A stretch of DNA of 50,659 bases from Macrostomum lignano (taxonomy: Eukaryota), in contig NIVC01004320.1 of the NCBI GenBank assembly GCA_002269645.1, forward strand, positions 1-50,659, written 5' to 3'. The notes under the pieces are model-generated. The model did no database searches. It saw only the letters and a program-made list of their open reading frames with translations, and was not told the DNA's origin. The position numbers were made by a program, and so were the translations under genes. This document shows positions 1 through 8,833 of this stretch, one piece after another. Positions within the stretch are counted from its first letter, which is position 1. Each line of letters starts with the position of its first letter.

Positions 1-83
1 CGAAAATTTCGGAGTCAGTCCACCTTCTTATATACTTTTCTGGCAGCAGTTTCAGCCAGGTGTGTTGCTCCCGTACCCCTTGA

Positions 84-701
84 CTAGACTTCCTGTTCTT
101 TCTCCAGTTCACCCCCTCTGCTGGTTGCCATTTTCTTCTTAACTGATTTACCAATAGCGGAAAGCGGAACATTAAGCTTTTTCTGCTGCAGAAAATCGAT
201 GAACGTTCCACCCAACTGGTTCACGCTCACATGGGAATCCCTCACTGTGTGCTGAATCAAGTCCAGTATGTTTGAGGAAGGGATTGACGTGCCTGCGATT
301 TCCACCTCCCCGTTTTCACAAACTCGAATCAGCTCTGGATTGGTGGACAGGATCGTCCACAGACTGCGAGCCCTGGTTTTGAATTTCTGTGGCACCGACT
401 TGCTGATCTTCTCTTCCCAGGTGCTTATCTGGGGTGTCTCTGTTTTCATCAACTTGGCTTCAGTATTGCGTGCTCCTTCTTTTCCAGCGTGCTTGCGCTT
501 GGCCAGCAAACTTTGCATTGCACTTTGGTACATGGCGGTTTTCACATCTTCTGGACAATCCTCGGCATACAAGATGTCATCGCATTTCTTCTGAGCCTGC
601 TTCAAGTCAGCTTCAGTGGTAGTCTCATTTGGCTTCAAATTCTGCATCAACATCTCATACTCTGCTTTAGGAATCAGAACCATTTCTGAAAATTTGTTCA
701 T
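84..701 (-). CDS. Conserved Polinton protein of unknown function; 3' part probably frameshifted
   Basis: EMVLIP at the N-terminus, SVPQKFKTRARSLW, NGEVEIAGTSIPSSNILDL and LNVP match my recollection of a conserved Polinton ORF. EPVGW (about 207-224) and NQLRRKW lie in alternative frames. Confidence 0.7.
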   Translation of the reverse strand: MNKFSEMVLIPKAEYEMLMQNLKPNETTTEADLKQAQKKCDDILYAEDCPEDVKTAMYQSAMQSLLAKRKHAGKEGARNTEAKLMKTETPQISTWEEKISKSVPQKFKTRARSLWTILSTNPELIRVCENGEVEIAGTSIPSSNILDLIQHTVRDSHVSVNQLGGTFIDFLQQKKLNVPLSAIGKSVKKKMATSRGGELEKEQEV

Positions 702-1004
702 TTTGCTTCTTCTTCTTTACCAGCTTAAGCAGAATCGGGAGTATTTTGATGAAGCCAGCCTTCAACAAGTCTGTCTTTCTTCTTTGTGAGTAATTTTTCG
801 AATTATCTCTTTTGACTTTGCAAGAACAGCTTTTTCATCGAGCGAAAACGATAGATTGTTTTGTAAGAGATTATGGCAGGCCTCGACAAGAAAATAACGC
901 ACTTCTTTTGGACAATTTTTTATCAACAGCCGCTTGAAGCGCACGGTATATTTAGGTGACGCAAGAACCGCAAAAAGACTTGCATATGAATCAAGCACTT
1001 CCAT
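667..1004 (-). CDS. Small conserved Polinton protein with pX(mu)-like hydrophobic C-terminus; -1 frameshift at 776-778
   Basis: ATG at 1004. RLLIKNCPKEVRYFLVEACHNLLQNNLSFS is followed, in the -1 frame, by KTDLLKAGFIKILPILLKLVKKKK, which resembles the family GGFLPxLL tail. Stop at 667-669. Confidence 0.7.
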
Positions 1005-1045
1005 TGCGATGAAAACAATAGCTGATAAAAACAAGCTTCACTTTC

Positions 1046-1692
1046 TTAAGCAAATACAAGATGGGGTCGCTGGTTGGGCAGAATTCTGGCCCGCACTCGC
1101 AGCTCATCGGGAGTTGATGGGTGAAAGTCTAGGAACAGGTAGGCTCCCCTGCCCTGCGCGGTCACGTGCTTGAACACTGACAGCAGAAAGCCGGGCTTCT
1201 CTGTAAAGCACTGCCTGCCCAGTGCTGCAATCTGCAGCTGGTCTCGGGGTTTTTCAAGATAGCTAAGTACATTACATTCAAGCTCATTGTTCGCGACTCT
1301 TTTCCCTTGAAAAATATATTCTGAGTCAGCATCACCAAAAAGCACGGCAAGTGATGTGCGATTCCTGTGAAAAAATTTCGCATTGAAGCAGAGTTTGAAG
1401 TTTCCTCTATTAAGTCATCGAAAACAACCAGGTCATTGGGCCTAAGTGCTGCCTCGATGTTGGTGGGAAATCCCTGGCGCAGCTGCACACCTAGGCTGTT
1501 CAGTTCTGCATGGCCTGCCTGTGAGATCCCATAGTACCACAGAACTCTGCCAGGCTTCACATCAAACATGACGTCTCTGTACTGGATCAGGTGTTCGACA
1601 AAGGTTGTTTTTCCTGCATTGGTGGGCCCGCAGACAATCATGCAGCTTCCCTGCCTGAGGCGGATATCGTAGCAAACTTGCTTTTCTCCCAT
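1046..1692 (-). CDS. A32/FtsK-HerA-like genome packaging ATPase; -1 frameshift at about 1246-1255
   Basis: Walker A GPTNAGKT, Walker B LVVFDDL, HH..LVMLTQN. LKNP continues as RDQLQIAALGRQ...YLFLDFHPSTPDELRVR in the -1 frame (ORFs 1162..1725 and 1046..1345). Confidence 0.92.
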
Positions 1693-1715
1693 GTTTAATG
1701 CATAAATATTAGAAA

Positions 1716-2228
1716 TCACGGACATCTTTTTCTTAAGTTGGCTTCAAACCTCTGTAAGATTCTATCATTCAAATGATTTTTCTCATTAGCATGCAAATGC
1801 TTCAAAATCCCCTCAAATGACCGATTGAACAGAAACTTTTGATAAGCAAAATAGATGCAAAACATTCCGCATTTATTAGAGTTAGCACATTGAACTCTGT
1901 TTATATTGCTTCGGAGCCAAAAGCCAGTTGTTTTAATCTCTCGAAACAAATTATAAACCAAAGATAAAATTTCAGGTTCCCAGCCGAGGGAGTTGAACAA
2001 CTCAATGCGATTTCCTTGCCCAACATAGCACACCACCCAGTGACCAAATGAGCCATTGTGCTGAAGTAGGACAAAAACAAACTTGTTTTCAAAGGAAATT
2101 GATGATCTAAATTTTCTTTTTACATTCAAGGGCAGAGAATTTTTATAGCGCAAATGTAAAGTAACTATGAGAAATTTTTGGTAAGGCAAAAATTTTCTGG
2201 CGAGATTAAGTAGTTGAATTGCATCCAT
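1716..2228 (-). CDS. Adenain/Ulp1-like cysteine maturation protease
   Basis: GHW (catalytic His), LFNSLG (acid position is Asn), VQ (oxyanion Gln), KCGMFC (catalytic Cys). Located between MCP and ATPase. Confidence 0.88.
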   Translation of the reverse strand: MDAIQLLNLARKFLPYQKFLIVTLHLRYKNSLPLNVKRKFRSSISFENKFVFVLLQHNGSFGHWVVCYVGQGNRIELFNSLGWEPEILSLVYNLFREIKTTGFWLRSNINRVQCANSNKCGMFCIYFAYQKFLFNRSFEGILKHLHANEKNHLNDRILQRFEANLRKRCP

Positions 2229-2233
2229 GTCAA

Positions 2234-3516
2234 TTAAGAGGAATAGTCCAGCAAAAGCTCTCGGTGCTTGGTGACCTCAATCAGCGAGTCATACAGGCAC
2301 ATAGCAATCAGGGACACCGCTTCATTCAGAGCCTGTTGGAAGCGAATCTCCAGCCGCAGGTTGCCCTCCTTCTGTCCGTACCACAGAGCCGCTCCCTCGG
2401 GTGTGAGATCGAATGCAAACACCGTGGTGTTGTTGGAGAAGAGCTGGTAGGGGATCCACGGACCGAGTTTGTGTGGCTTGCAGATTGACAGCTTTTCAGG
2501 TAGTGCAAGTATTCTCTTACGAAGGAATTGTTTTCAGGTGTGAAGGCGCCGTGGCACACGGTTTCCCCACCTTTCTTTAGAGCCAATCGGCTAAGGTTGA
2601 AGCTCTGGAACTGTAACGGGCTCGCGTGATGATGACCGTTGAATGCTCGGTGGCTCACGAAGGCCAGCATGATGAACTTCGGCAATTTTCCATGAGTGAA
2701 TCCTTCAATGTTTTTTGACTGAATACCCTGGGGTAGGATGAAGTTCTGCATTTCAGTTCGCTCGATGGGATACAGTGCATTTTGGTTTGTCAGCCCCTGC
2801 TCATGGGCCAGGCTGATGTGGGGCATCACTTTGACTCGGCGAAGATGCAGAATGCTGTGAGAGATTTCCATTCGGTATGCCGCGTTGTTTGCATTCGGGG
2901 TTCTGATGGCAAAGGCCCCATCGCTGGGGACCAGTTTGATGTGCAGGTGCAGATTGCTTAGCAGAAACACTGGGCACTGGAAAACATCGCTGAAGAGCGG
3001 CCCCGCATACTCCATCCATTGGGATTCCCTGTGGCTCTCCGTGTGCTCTTCAGCTGCCGAGTTCGGCTCCAGGAAGCCAGCAGGGTAAAGTTTTAGTTGC
3101 TGGGCATCGGATGAGCTCATTAGTGCTTTGAAGTACGCATGGTAGGGATAGAGCTGGTCTCCACCAGACACCACTCGCTGGTTAATGCTCACAATTACAT
3201 CTGAGAAGGCTGTAGACAGAACAAAATTTTCTGGGTGCACGTCACTGTCTCTGCGCTCGGTGATGATGCCATCTCCATCTCGAACATCCTCCCTCAGCAA
3301 ACCCCCATCCAGTCTCACAAGGCGGCAGCGAATATAAAGAAAAGAATTAAGCAGATCTGTATATTCATCGGCAGATTGGTGGCAGTCAAATTCAATGGGA
3401 GAGTTTGCAACAATGGAATTAACTGGGTGAATATCAACATAAGTAGCTTTTTCAATGCAGGTTTGTAGAACGGGCGTCTTAAATAAATCAAGTCTGGGAT
3501 TGAATCCGTAAGCCAT
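2234..3516 (-). CDS. Major capsid protein (double jelly-roll, hexon-like); -1 frameshift between about 2430 and 2535
   Basis: N-terminal LDLFKTPVLQTCIE...PIEF and internal LPKFIMLAFVSHRAFNG...PLQFQSFNL. The typical C-terminus VFAFDLTP...GNLRLEIRF..AL...VSLIAMCLYDSLIEV is in the -1 frame (ORF 2234..2422). Confidence 0.92.
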
Positions 3517-3518
3517 GT

Positions 3519-3896
3519 CTATGACAGAGAGTCGAGCACGCGTTTCACAGTTTTCTTGCTGACTTTTTGCTTTCGCTTTCCTCCGCCTGCTCTATTCTTC
3601 TTTGCTTTCGTCTTCCTATTCTTAAGCTTTTTCCCACTAGCCTTGCTCGACCTCTTACTGCGATTTCCACCAGTTGCCTTTCGGGTGCCCTTCTTTTTCT
3701 TCAATCGTTTCGGACTTGCTTCAGTATTTCTTTTGCGCCTGACGTTGCTAAGCGTCGAGGCTGATGATGATGATATAGCCGCTGGCGGAGGCTGGTATGT
3801 CATGATCCCTGGGAAGCTCCCACAGCCATAGAGTGCAGGCTTTTCGTGTCCTGTCCTCACCCCCGAATATTGCTGGATTAGCTGCTGGTAGTTCAT
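3519..3896 (-). CDS. Lys/Arg-rich putative virion core (DNA-condensing) protein, 125 aa
   Basis: ATG at 3896 overlaps the penton stop (ATGA). The C-terminal half is highly basic (KRLKKKKGTRK...KRKQK). LYGCG motif. Lies between minor and major capsid genes. Confidence 0.7.
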   Translation of the reverse strand: MNYQQLIQQYSGVRTGHEKPALYGCGSFPGIMTYQPPPAAISSSSASTLSNVRRKRNTEASPKRLKKKKGTRKATGGNRSKRSSKASGKKLKNRKTKAKKNRAGGGKRKQKVSKKTVKRVLDSLS

Positions 3897-4711
3897 TGAA
3901 TGCGTTTCTCCTGAATTTGAACTGTAAGCAGAACAGGGCTGTGAGTCTGTGCAATCAGTGGGCAACCATAGATGTCCCGCAGCTGAACTCGAATGCTGTG
4001 AAGAAGACTGATTCGTTGAATCGGGAAGAATATTGTTTTCTTAAATATTTTTGTTTGATAGTTGCCCCATTCAATGCCAGCTTTCATTCCAACTGTTCTC
4101 AACAAGGAGCTCCAGTTGCAATTAGTTGACTCAACGATACTGCAGTGCACATTGATTAAGCTGGTGCGCGGGCAGCCAATGCAATGCTCGGATACGCGGC
4201 TCCCTGGCTGGATTTTCACAGCCTGGTTTCCAAATCCCAGCCAATGCAGAATTTTACTAGATGGAAGAAACAGCTCTGCTCTCGCAGTGTTGTTGTGCAC
4301 CACAGTTCGTGAGTTGCGGATTTCGAACTTCATACCAAATTCCCTGTTGCCACTACGCCCCATCAGGCCGGACTCATCAGCCTCCATCTCAGACTCCCTG
4401 TCACTCATTGCATCAAAGAACAGCGAATCAGAGTTGGCCAGCAGCTCATTCAGGCGCTCCACCAGCTCCTCCACTCTAGCAAAGCGTCCGGGTTGAAGAA
4501 CCAGGGCCTCATGCTCTCTTCCATCTGAGACAGTGAAGCAGTAAGGCTCGTCAACATTGAACCATGCAGCAGGCAGATGGATTTCAGCCAGACCTGCCTC
4601 ATAGTCCACATTTCGATCCAAGTAAATAGGTGAAGGCAGGTAAAAATTAAAGTCACTAGGAGTACCTTCAGCATGCTCACTGTTAATCAAAATAGTTCGC
4701 ATTATAATCAT
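3893..4711 (-). CDS. Minor capsid protein (penton, single jelly-roll)
   Basis: TPSDFNFYLPSPIYLD..YEAGLAEIHLPAAWFNV at the N-terminus and SLINVHCSIVES...IRVQLRDIYG at the C-terminus, typical of Polinton minor capsid proteins. Confidence 0.88.
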   Translation of the reverse strand: MIIMRTILINSEHAEGTPSDFNFYLPSPIYLDRNVDYEAGLAEIHLPAAWFNVDEPYCFTVSDGREHEALVLQPGRFARVEELVERLNELLANSDSLFFDAMSDRESEMEADESGLMGRSGNREFGMKFEIRNSRTVVHNNTARAELFLPSSKILHWLGFGNQAVKIQPGSRVSEHCIGCPRTSLINVHCSIVESTNCNWSSLLRTVGMKAGIEWGNYQTKIFKKTIFFPIQRISLLHSIRVQLRDIYGCPLIAQTHSPVLLTVQIQEKRIQ

Positions 4712-4739
4712 AAACTACATGATGAGGGCTGTGCCAAAG

Positions 4740-5810
4740 CTAAACCTTTCTTAAGTCTTTTTCATCCACCCAGCCAGTCGAGTCGTAGCCCGCCCATTTC
4801 ACCAGATAGCGAATTTTTCCCTTCCGCTTCTCCGTTTTCAGGATCTTCTTAATCACATACAGCCGCTGTGAGTCCGGGACAGCCTGCAGCTCGTGCTCAT
4901 GGAAGAGTCCTCGAATCTCTTGCCCCCGCATGTCTTTAATCTTGTACATGTAGGGATAATGTTTTGGGGCTCTGCTCACCACGGTGTACACTTCCTCACT
5001 CCAGCTCGCTTTGTATCCCTTTTTGAATATCCGTGGAGCATTGGAAATTCTCACTGACTGGTTTTCAGCGAACTTAGGCTTCTTTAATTTTTCTAGAGTC
5101 TCGACTGCTTTTCCATCGTACAGGTTCATCCACACTTCAGATTCATTCTCTTTGCAGACACTAGTGGGTGCCATTTTGATGCTTCTGTGGTAGGTATTGT
5201 TGTAGGATTTTACCAGCTTAGGCAGCACATCAAGCCAGTGCAGTGTGCTCTTGTAGGTGAAGTAGCGCCACATTCTACTTTTCAGAGTTCGATTCCATCG
5301 CTCAATGACAGCTGCCTTCTGCTCGCTGTTAGTTGGGAAAGCCAGAATCCCTCTGTCAATGCAGTATTGACGGAAAGTGGAGTTGATAAATTCCTTCCCC
5401 TGATCTGTGCGAACTGTGCGTGGCTGGCGCTTTGAACTTCTCAGTATGCTCTCGAATGCTGACTTCACTTCTGCAGCAGATTTATTTTTCAGTGCCTTGG
5501 CCCAAGCACATTTTGAGAGCACGTCAATGCATGTGAGAATATATTTGTAGCCTTTATTATGCTTTGCGAATGGAATCATTTCCACTAAGTCAAGTTCCCA
5601 CTGATCATCGATTGCGCGCACTATGATTGGGGCCCTTGGATATCGCCTCCTAGCTGGCTTGTGCAGAGTGTGCACTGGCTGCTCGCTGAGCCACTGCTCA
5701 ATGCTCTTTGCAGATATTCGATCACCTCTTTGCCTCACTTCATGCAGCAACTTTGAGGCACAAGAAAAACTAGCCGGTTGCTCAGGTTTCAAATAAATTT
5801 TCTCCATCAT
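4740..5810 (-). CDS. Retroviral-like (RVE) DDE integrase with C-terminal chromodomain
   Basis: WELDLVEM (D), TDQGKEF (D), AVIERWNRTLK (E). C-terminal YVIKKILKTEKRKGKIRYLVKWAGY..TGWV chromodomain. Uninterrupted 356 aa ORF. Confidence 0.96.
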   Translation of the reverse strand: MMEKIYLKPEQPASFSCASKLLHEVRQRGDRISAKSIEQWLSEQPVHTLHKPARRRYPRAPIIVRAIDDQWELDLVEMIPFAKHNKGYKYILTCIDVLSKCAWAKALKNKSAAEVKSAFESILRSSKRQPRTVRTDQGKEFINSTFRQYCIDRGILAFPTNSEQKAAVIERWNRTLKSRMWRYFTYKSTLHWLDVLPKLVKSYNNTYHRSIKMAPTSVCKENESEVWMNLYDGKAVETLEKLKKPKFAENQSVRISNAPRIFKKGYKASWSEEVYTVVSRAPKHYPYMYKIKDMRGQEIRGLFHEHELQAVPDSQRLYVIKKILKTEKRKGKIRYLVKWAGYDSTGWVDEKDLRKV

Positions 5811-6130
5811 GGGTTTATCAAGATACGTGCCTATCCACCTGCTCTAGCTGTACAGTATTTTTTCTTAAGTAGAAATTTATATTCCAATTAAATGATAGAG
5901 AAACGAGTGGCAAATTAATTTATTACTGTCAGATTGAAACCTCTAACATCGTAACAGTCGGTGTATTTTCCGAAAGCAAACAATCCATAAAAACGAACAC
6001 TAAAACACTCGCACACCAGCATTTCAGAAATAGCAGAGATAAAAAACAGCATAGTGCCGTCAGGCTGGATAATCATGTGCAAGCTAAAAGTAATTTAGTT
6101 AGTCCAATGCATTCAAAGCATTCTAGCTGT

Positions 6131-6907
6131 TCAGTTATCAAAGCGAACATTGGGCTGCAGCCTCATCGCGTCCTGCCGACGAAGTTGAAATGGCAGCTTT
6201 CGCTTCCTGCTGCTGCTGCTCACCGTCGAAGCCGCTGCATGCGCCCTGAACTGATACCACACCGGATCTTCCTCAAGGTTGGTGTCCCGCTGCGGAAGCA
6301 GTCCAGCATCAGAATCAACCGAAGGTATCGGTGTGGATGTGATTGGCTCAGTCACAATGCGCGGCCTTGTGGGCGAGCTAACGTCCTCGTCATCAGCATG
6401 ATCTCCGCCCTCATCAGTCTCCATTATGGGCTTCGTGTCCTGGTCAGCCTCCAACTTGAGCTTCTTGTCCTCTTCCTCCTCTTCCTCATCAGACTCCAGC
6501 TCGTACTGCATTGTGTTCCTCAAGGGAGCCACCAGCTGACCGTCGATCCAGGAGGCGATTTTCCAGAGCTTCTGCCACAGCGGCGGAGTCAGTGGTACGG
6601 CGTTTCGTCTCAAAAACTCCTCGCAGCAATCTTCCGGCAGCCGTTTGAGCCAAATGATGCCGCCTTTGACTTCCACAAACTTATCGAAGCCGAGTTTCAC
6701 GACCTTGGGCTCGTTGTTGCGTGCAGAAATCACAAGTGAGCGTTTCACCTCCTTCAATTTCTTCCATTGGTGAACATTCAGGTTGAATCCTGGGACGCCT
6801 GGCTTCAGACTTGCCGTGCTGCCGTGTCGGTAAAACTTGCGAATAGCGATAAATTTTTGTCCTTCAAACTCCTGGACTTGTGCCTTATAGCCTTCACAGA
6901 TGTCCAT
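6131..6907 (-). CDS. Protein with two PC4-like (p15 coactivator/ssDNA-binding) domains and acidic, low-complexity tail
   Basis: VQEFEGQKFIAIRKFY...LKPGVPGFNLNVHQWKKLKE matches the PC4 pattern. A second degenerate copy LGFDKFVEV...VPLTPPLWQKL follows, then an acidic run and an RKRK motif. Confidence 0.8.
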   Translation of the reverse strand: MDICEGYKAQVQEFEGQKFIAIRKFYRHGSTASLKPGVPGFNLNVHQWKKLKEVKRSLVISARNNEPKVVKLGFDKFVEVKGGIIWLKRLPEDCCEEFLRRNAVPLTPPLWQKLWKIASWIDGQLVAPLRNTMQYELESDEEEEEEDKKLKLEADQDTKPIMETDEGGDHADDEDVSSPTRPRIVTEPITSTPIPSVDSDAGLLPQRDTNLEEDPVWYQFRAHAAASTVSSSSRKRKLPFQLRRQDAMRLQPNVRFDN

Positions 6908-7011
6908 TTTCCTTTCGCAATTGAAAACTCACAAAAGTTAAAAGCTGAGGAAAATTTCGGATGAAATTTTGGATTTGAAAAATTGAGAATTCTTTCTTGT
7001 CAATTTCGGGG

Positions 7012-7075
7012 CTTATATACCCTCGACCGAACCACCCCAAACCACCCATCCCACTCCGGGCTCTGTGATTGGCTC
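7012..7075 (-). promoter_or_regulatory. Putative Pol II promoter of the PC4 gene (TATATAAG and CCAAT)
   Basis: Minus-strand TATATAAG at 7012-7019, about 105 nt upstream of the ATG, and AGCCAATCA about 50 nt further upstream. Confidence 0.45.
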
Positions 7076-7113
7076 TTTCGCAAACATTATTTCCAATTAC
7101 ATAGATTAACATC

Positions 7114-7610
7114 TTATCTCTGCAGTGTTAACCACCCCCAATGCAAAGAGATAGGCCGCCTCTCCTCCTATCTCTGCAGTGTTAACCACCCCAATGCAAA
7201 GAGATAGGCCGCCTCTCCTCCTATCTCTGCAGTGTTAACCACCCCCAATGCAAAGAGATAGGCCGCCTCTCCTCCTATCTCTGCAGTGTTAACCATCTCC
7301 AGTGTAAAGAAATAGGCCGCCTCTTCTCCTATCACTCCTGTGTTAAGCAGAGATAGAGCTCATATCTCTGCAGTGCTTAGCCGTCCCCAATGCACAGAGA
7401 TAGAGCTCATATCTCTGCAGTGCTTAGCCGTCCCCAATGCACAGAGATAGAGCTCATATCTCTGCAGTGCTTAGCCGTCCCCAATGCACAGAGATAGAGC
7501 TCATATCTCTGCAGTGCTTAGCCGTCCCCAATGCACAGAGATAGAGCTCATATCTCTGCAGTGCTTAGCCGTCCCCAATGCACAGAGATAGGGCTCATAT
7601 CTCCGCAGTG
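7114..7610. repeat. Subterminal tandem arrays (about 4 x 53-54 bp, then about 5.5 x 47 bp) sharing a TATCTCTGCAGTG core, each unit self-complementary
   Basis: Units read directly. CAGAGATA-gagctca-TATCTCTG inverted repeat in the 47-mer. Confidence 0.9.
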
Positions 7611-7708
7611 TATTTTTCCCTATACATTTGCATTGCCGCCTATCTCGCCAGTGCTAGTGCGGCAGTATCATAATTCGCCCTACTACTGCCGTCCCGAACA
7701 CCCCTTAT

Positions 7709-8213
7709 CACCAATTCACCCACGTCACCAATTCACCCACGTGACCAATTCACCCACGTCACCAATTCACCCACGTCACCAATTCACCCACGTCACCAAT
7801 TCACCCACGTCACCAATTCACCCACGTCACCAATTCACCCACGTCACCAATTCACCCACGTCACCAATTCACCCACGTCACCAATTCACCCACGTCACCA
7901 ATTCACCCACGTCACCAATTCACCCACGTCACCAATTCACCCACGTCACCAATTCACCCACGTCACCAATTCACCCACGTCACCAATTCACCCACGTCAC
8001 CAATTCACCCTCGTCACCAATTCACCCACGTCACCAATTCACCCTCGTCACCAATTCACCCACGTCACCAATTCACCCACGTCACCAATTCACCCACGTC
8101 ACCAATTCACCCTCGTCACCAATTCACCCACGTCACCAATTCACCCTCGTCACCAATTCACCCACGTCACCAATTCACCCACGTCACCAATTCACCCTCG
8201 TCACCAATTCACC
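7709..8213. repeat. 17-bp minisatellite CACCAATTCACCCACGT, about 30 copies
   Basis: Direct reading. Confidence 0.95.
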
Positions 8214-8261
8214 TAGCTTACCAAAATTCCTTAGTCTGCGGGAATAGGCATTAAGTGTCAG

Positions 8262-8424
8262 CCACAGATACTATATAACTAGATAGGTCACTCCCTATCT
8301 CGCTGTGGGGACCAAAAATGATACTACTACTACTATAAACATTTTTCACTACTGATGGCTGGTCCTAAGAGTAGTGTGAGAGTAAATTAACCGAGTGACC
8401 TATCTAGTTATATAGTATCTGTGG
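8262..8424. mobile_element. 163-bp MITE, perfect 32-bp TIRs, 6-bp TSD TGTCAG
   Basis: CCACAGATACTATATAACTAGATAGGTCACTC (8262-8293) and its exact reverse complement (8393-8424). TGTCAG at 8256-8261 and 8425-8430. Confidence 0.88.
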
Positions 8425-8833
8425 TGTCAGCTCAGGTCCCTGTCACATCGATAACGCCCTGCGACGAAATACGATTAAATCAGCTGTCCAATGTATTCAC
8501 CGATTAAACCTCCTGGATGGGGCAGAGCAGCTTAGCGGCCACATTAATTTGGGGCTTGGGCTCGAAAACTGGTCGGAGGCTGATGCGCGATTCACAACCC
8601 ACGAGGGGCAACCCTTATTAGAAATTAGGAAGTCAGAGTCGCTGTACACCCTGTGTGAGCTGTGTGAGAGTGCGTGCCTGCGTACAGTATCCGCGCGCTT
8701 GCATGTGCTCAGGAGTCAGCGGAATAAGCCGAATTGCCTCAGCGCGCTGGTTGTGGGATAATGTCCAGGCGTTGCGCCAGGGTGCCCACAGCCAACTTGC
8801 GATTGTGCATGCATAACCCTTCTGGATCCGCAG

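Larger units (their letters stand above)
1..7687 (-). mobile_element. Polinton/Maverick (adintovirus-like endogenous virus), partial: truncated by the left window edge
   Basis: Co-oriented cluster of RVE integrase, single and double jelly-roll capsid-like genes, adenain protease and A32-like ATPase. Candidate terminus ...CTACTACT at 7680-7687 (5'-AGTAGTAG on the minus strand). Right boundary is inferred. Confidence 0.93.

Noticed and set aside
1246-1262. Programmed -1 ribosomal frameshift in ATPase, MCP or the pX-like gene
   Set aside because: There is no canonical X XXY YYZ heptamer with Y = A/U at all three sites, and these core genes are not known to be recoded. Indel or sequencing error is simpler.
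8323-8334. (ACT)4 as the Polinton terminus
   Set aside because: It lies inside the 8262-8424 MITE and beyond an unrelated satellite; 7687 fits better.
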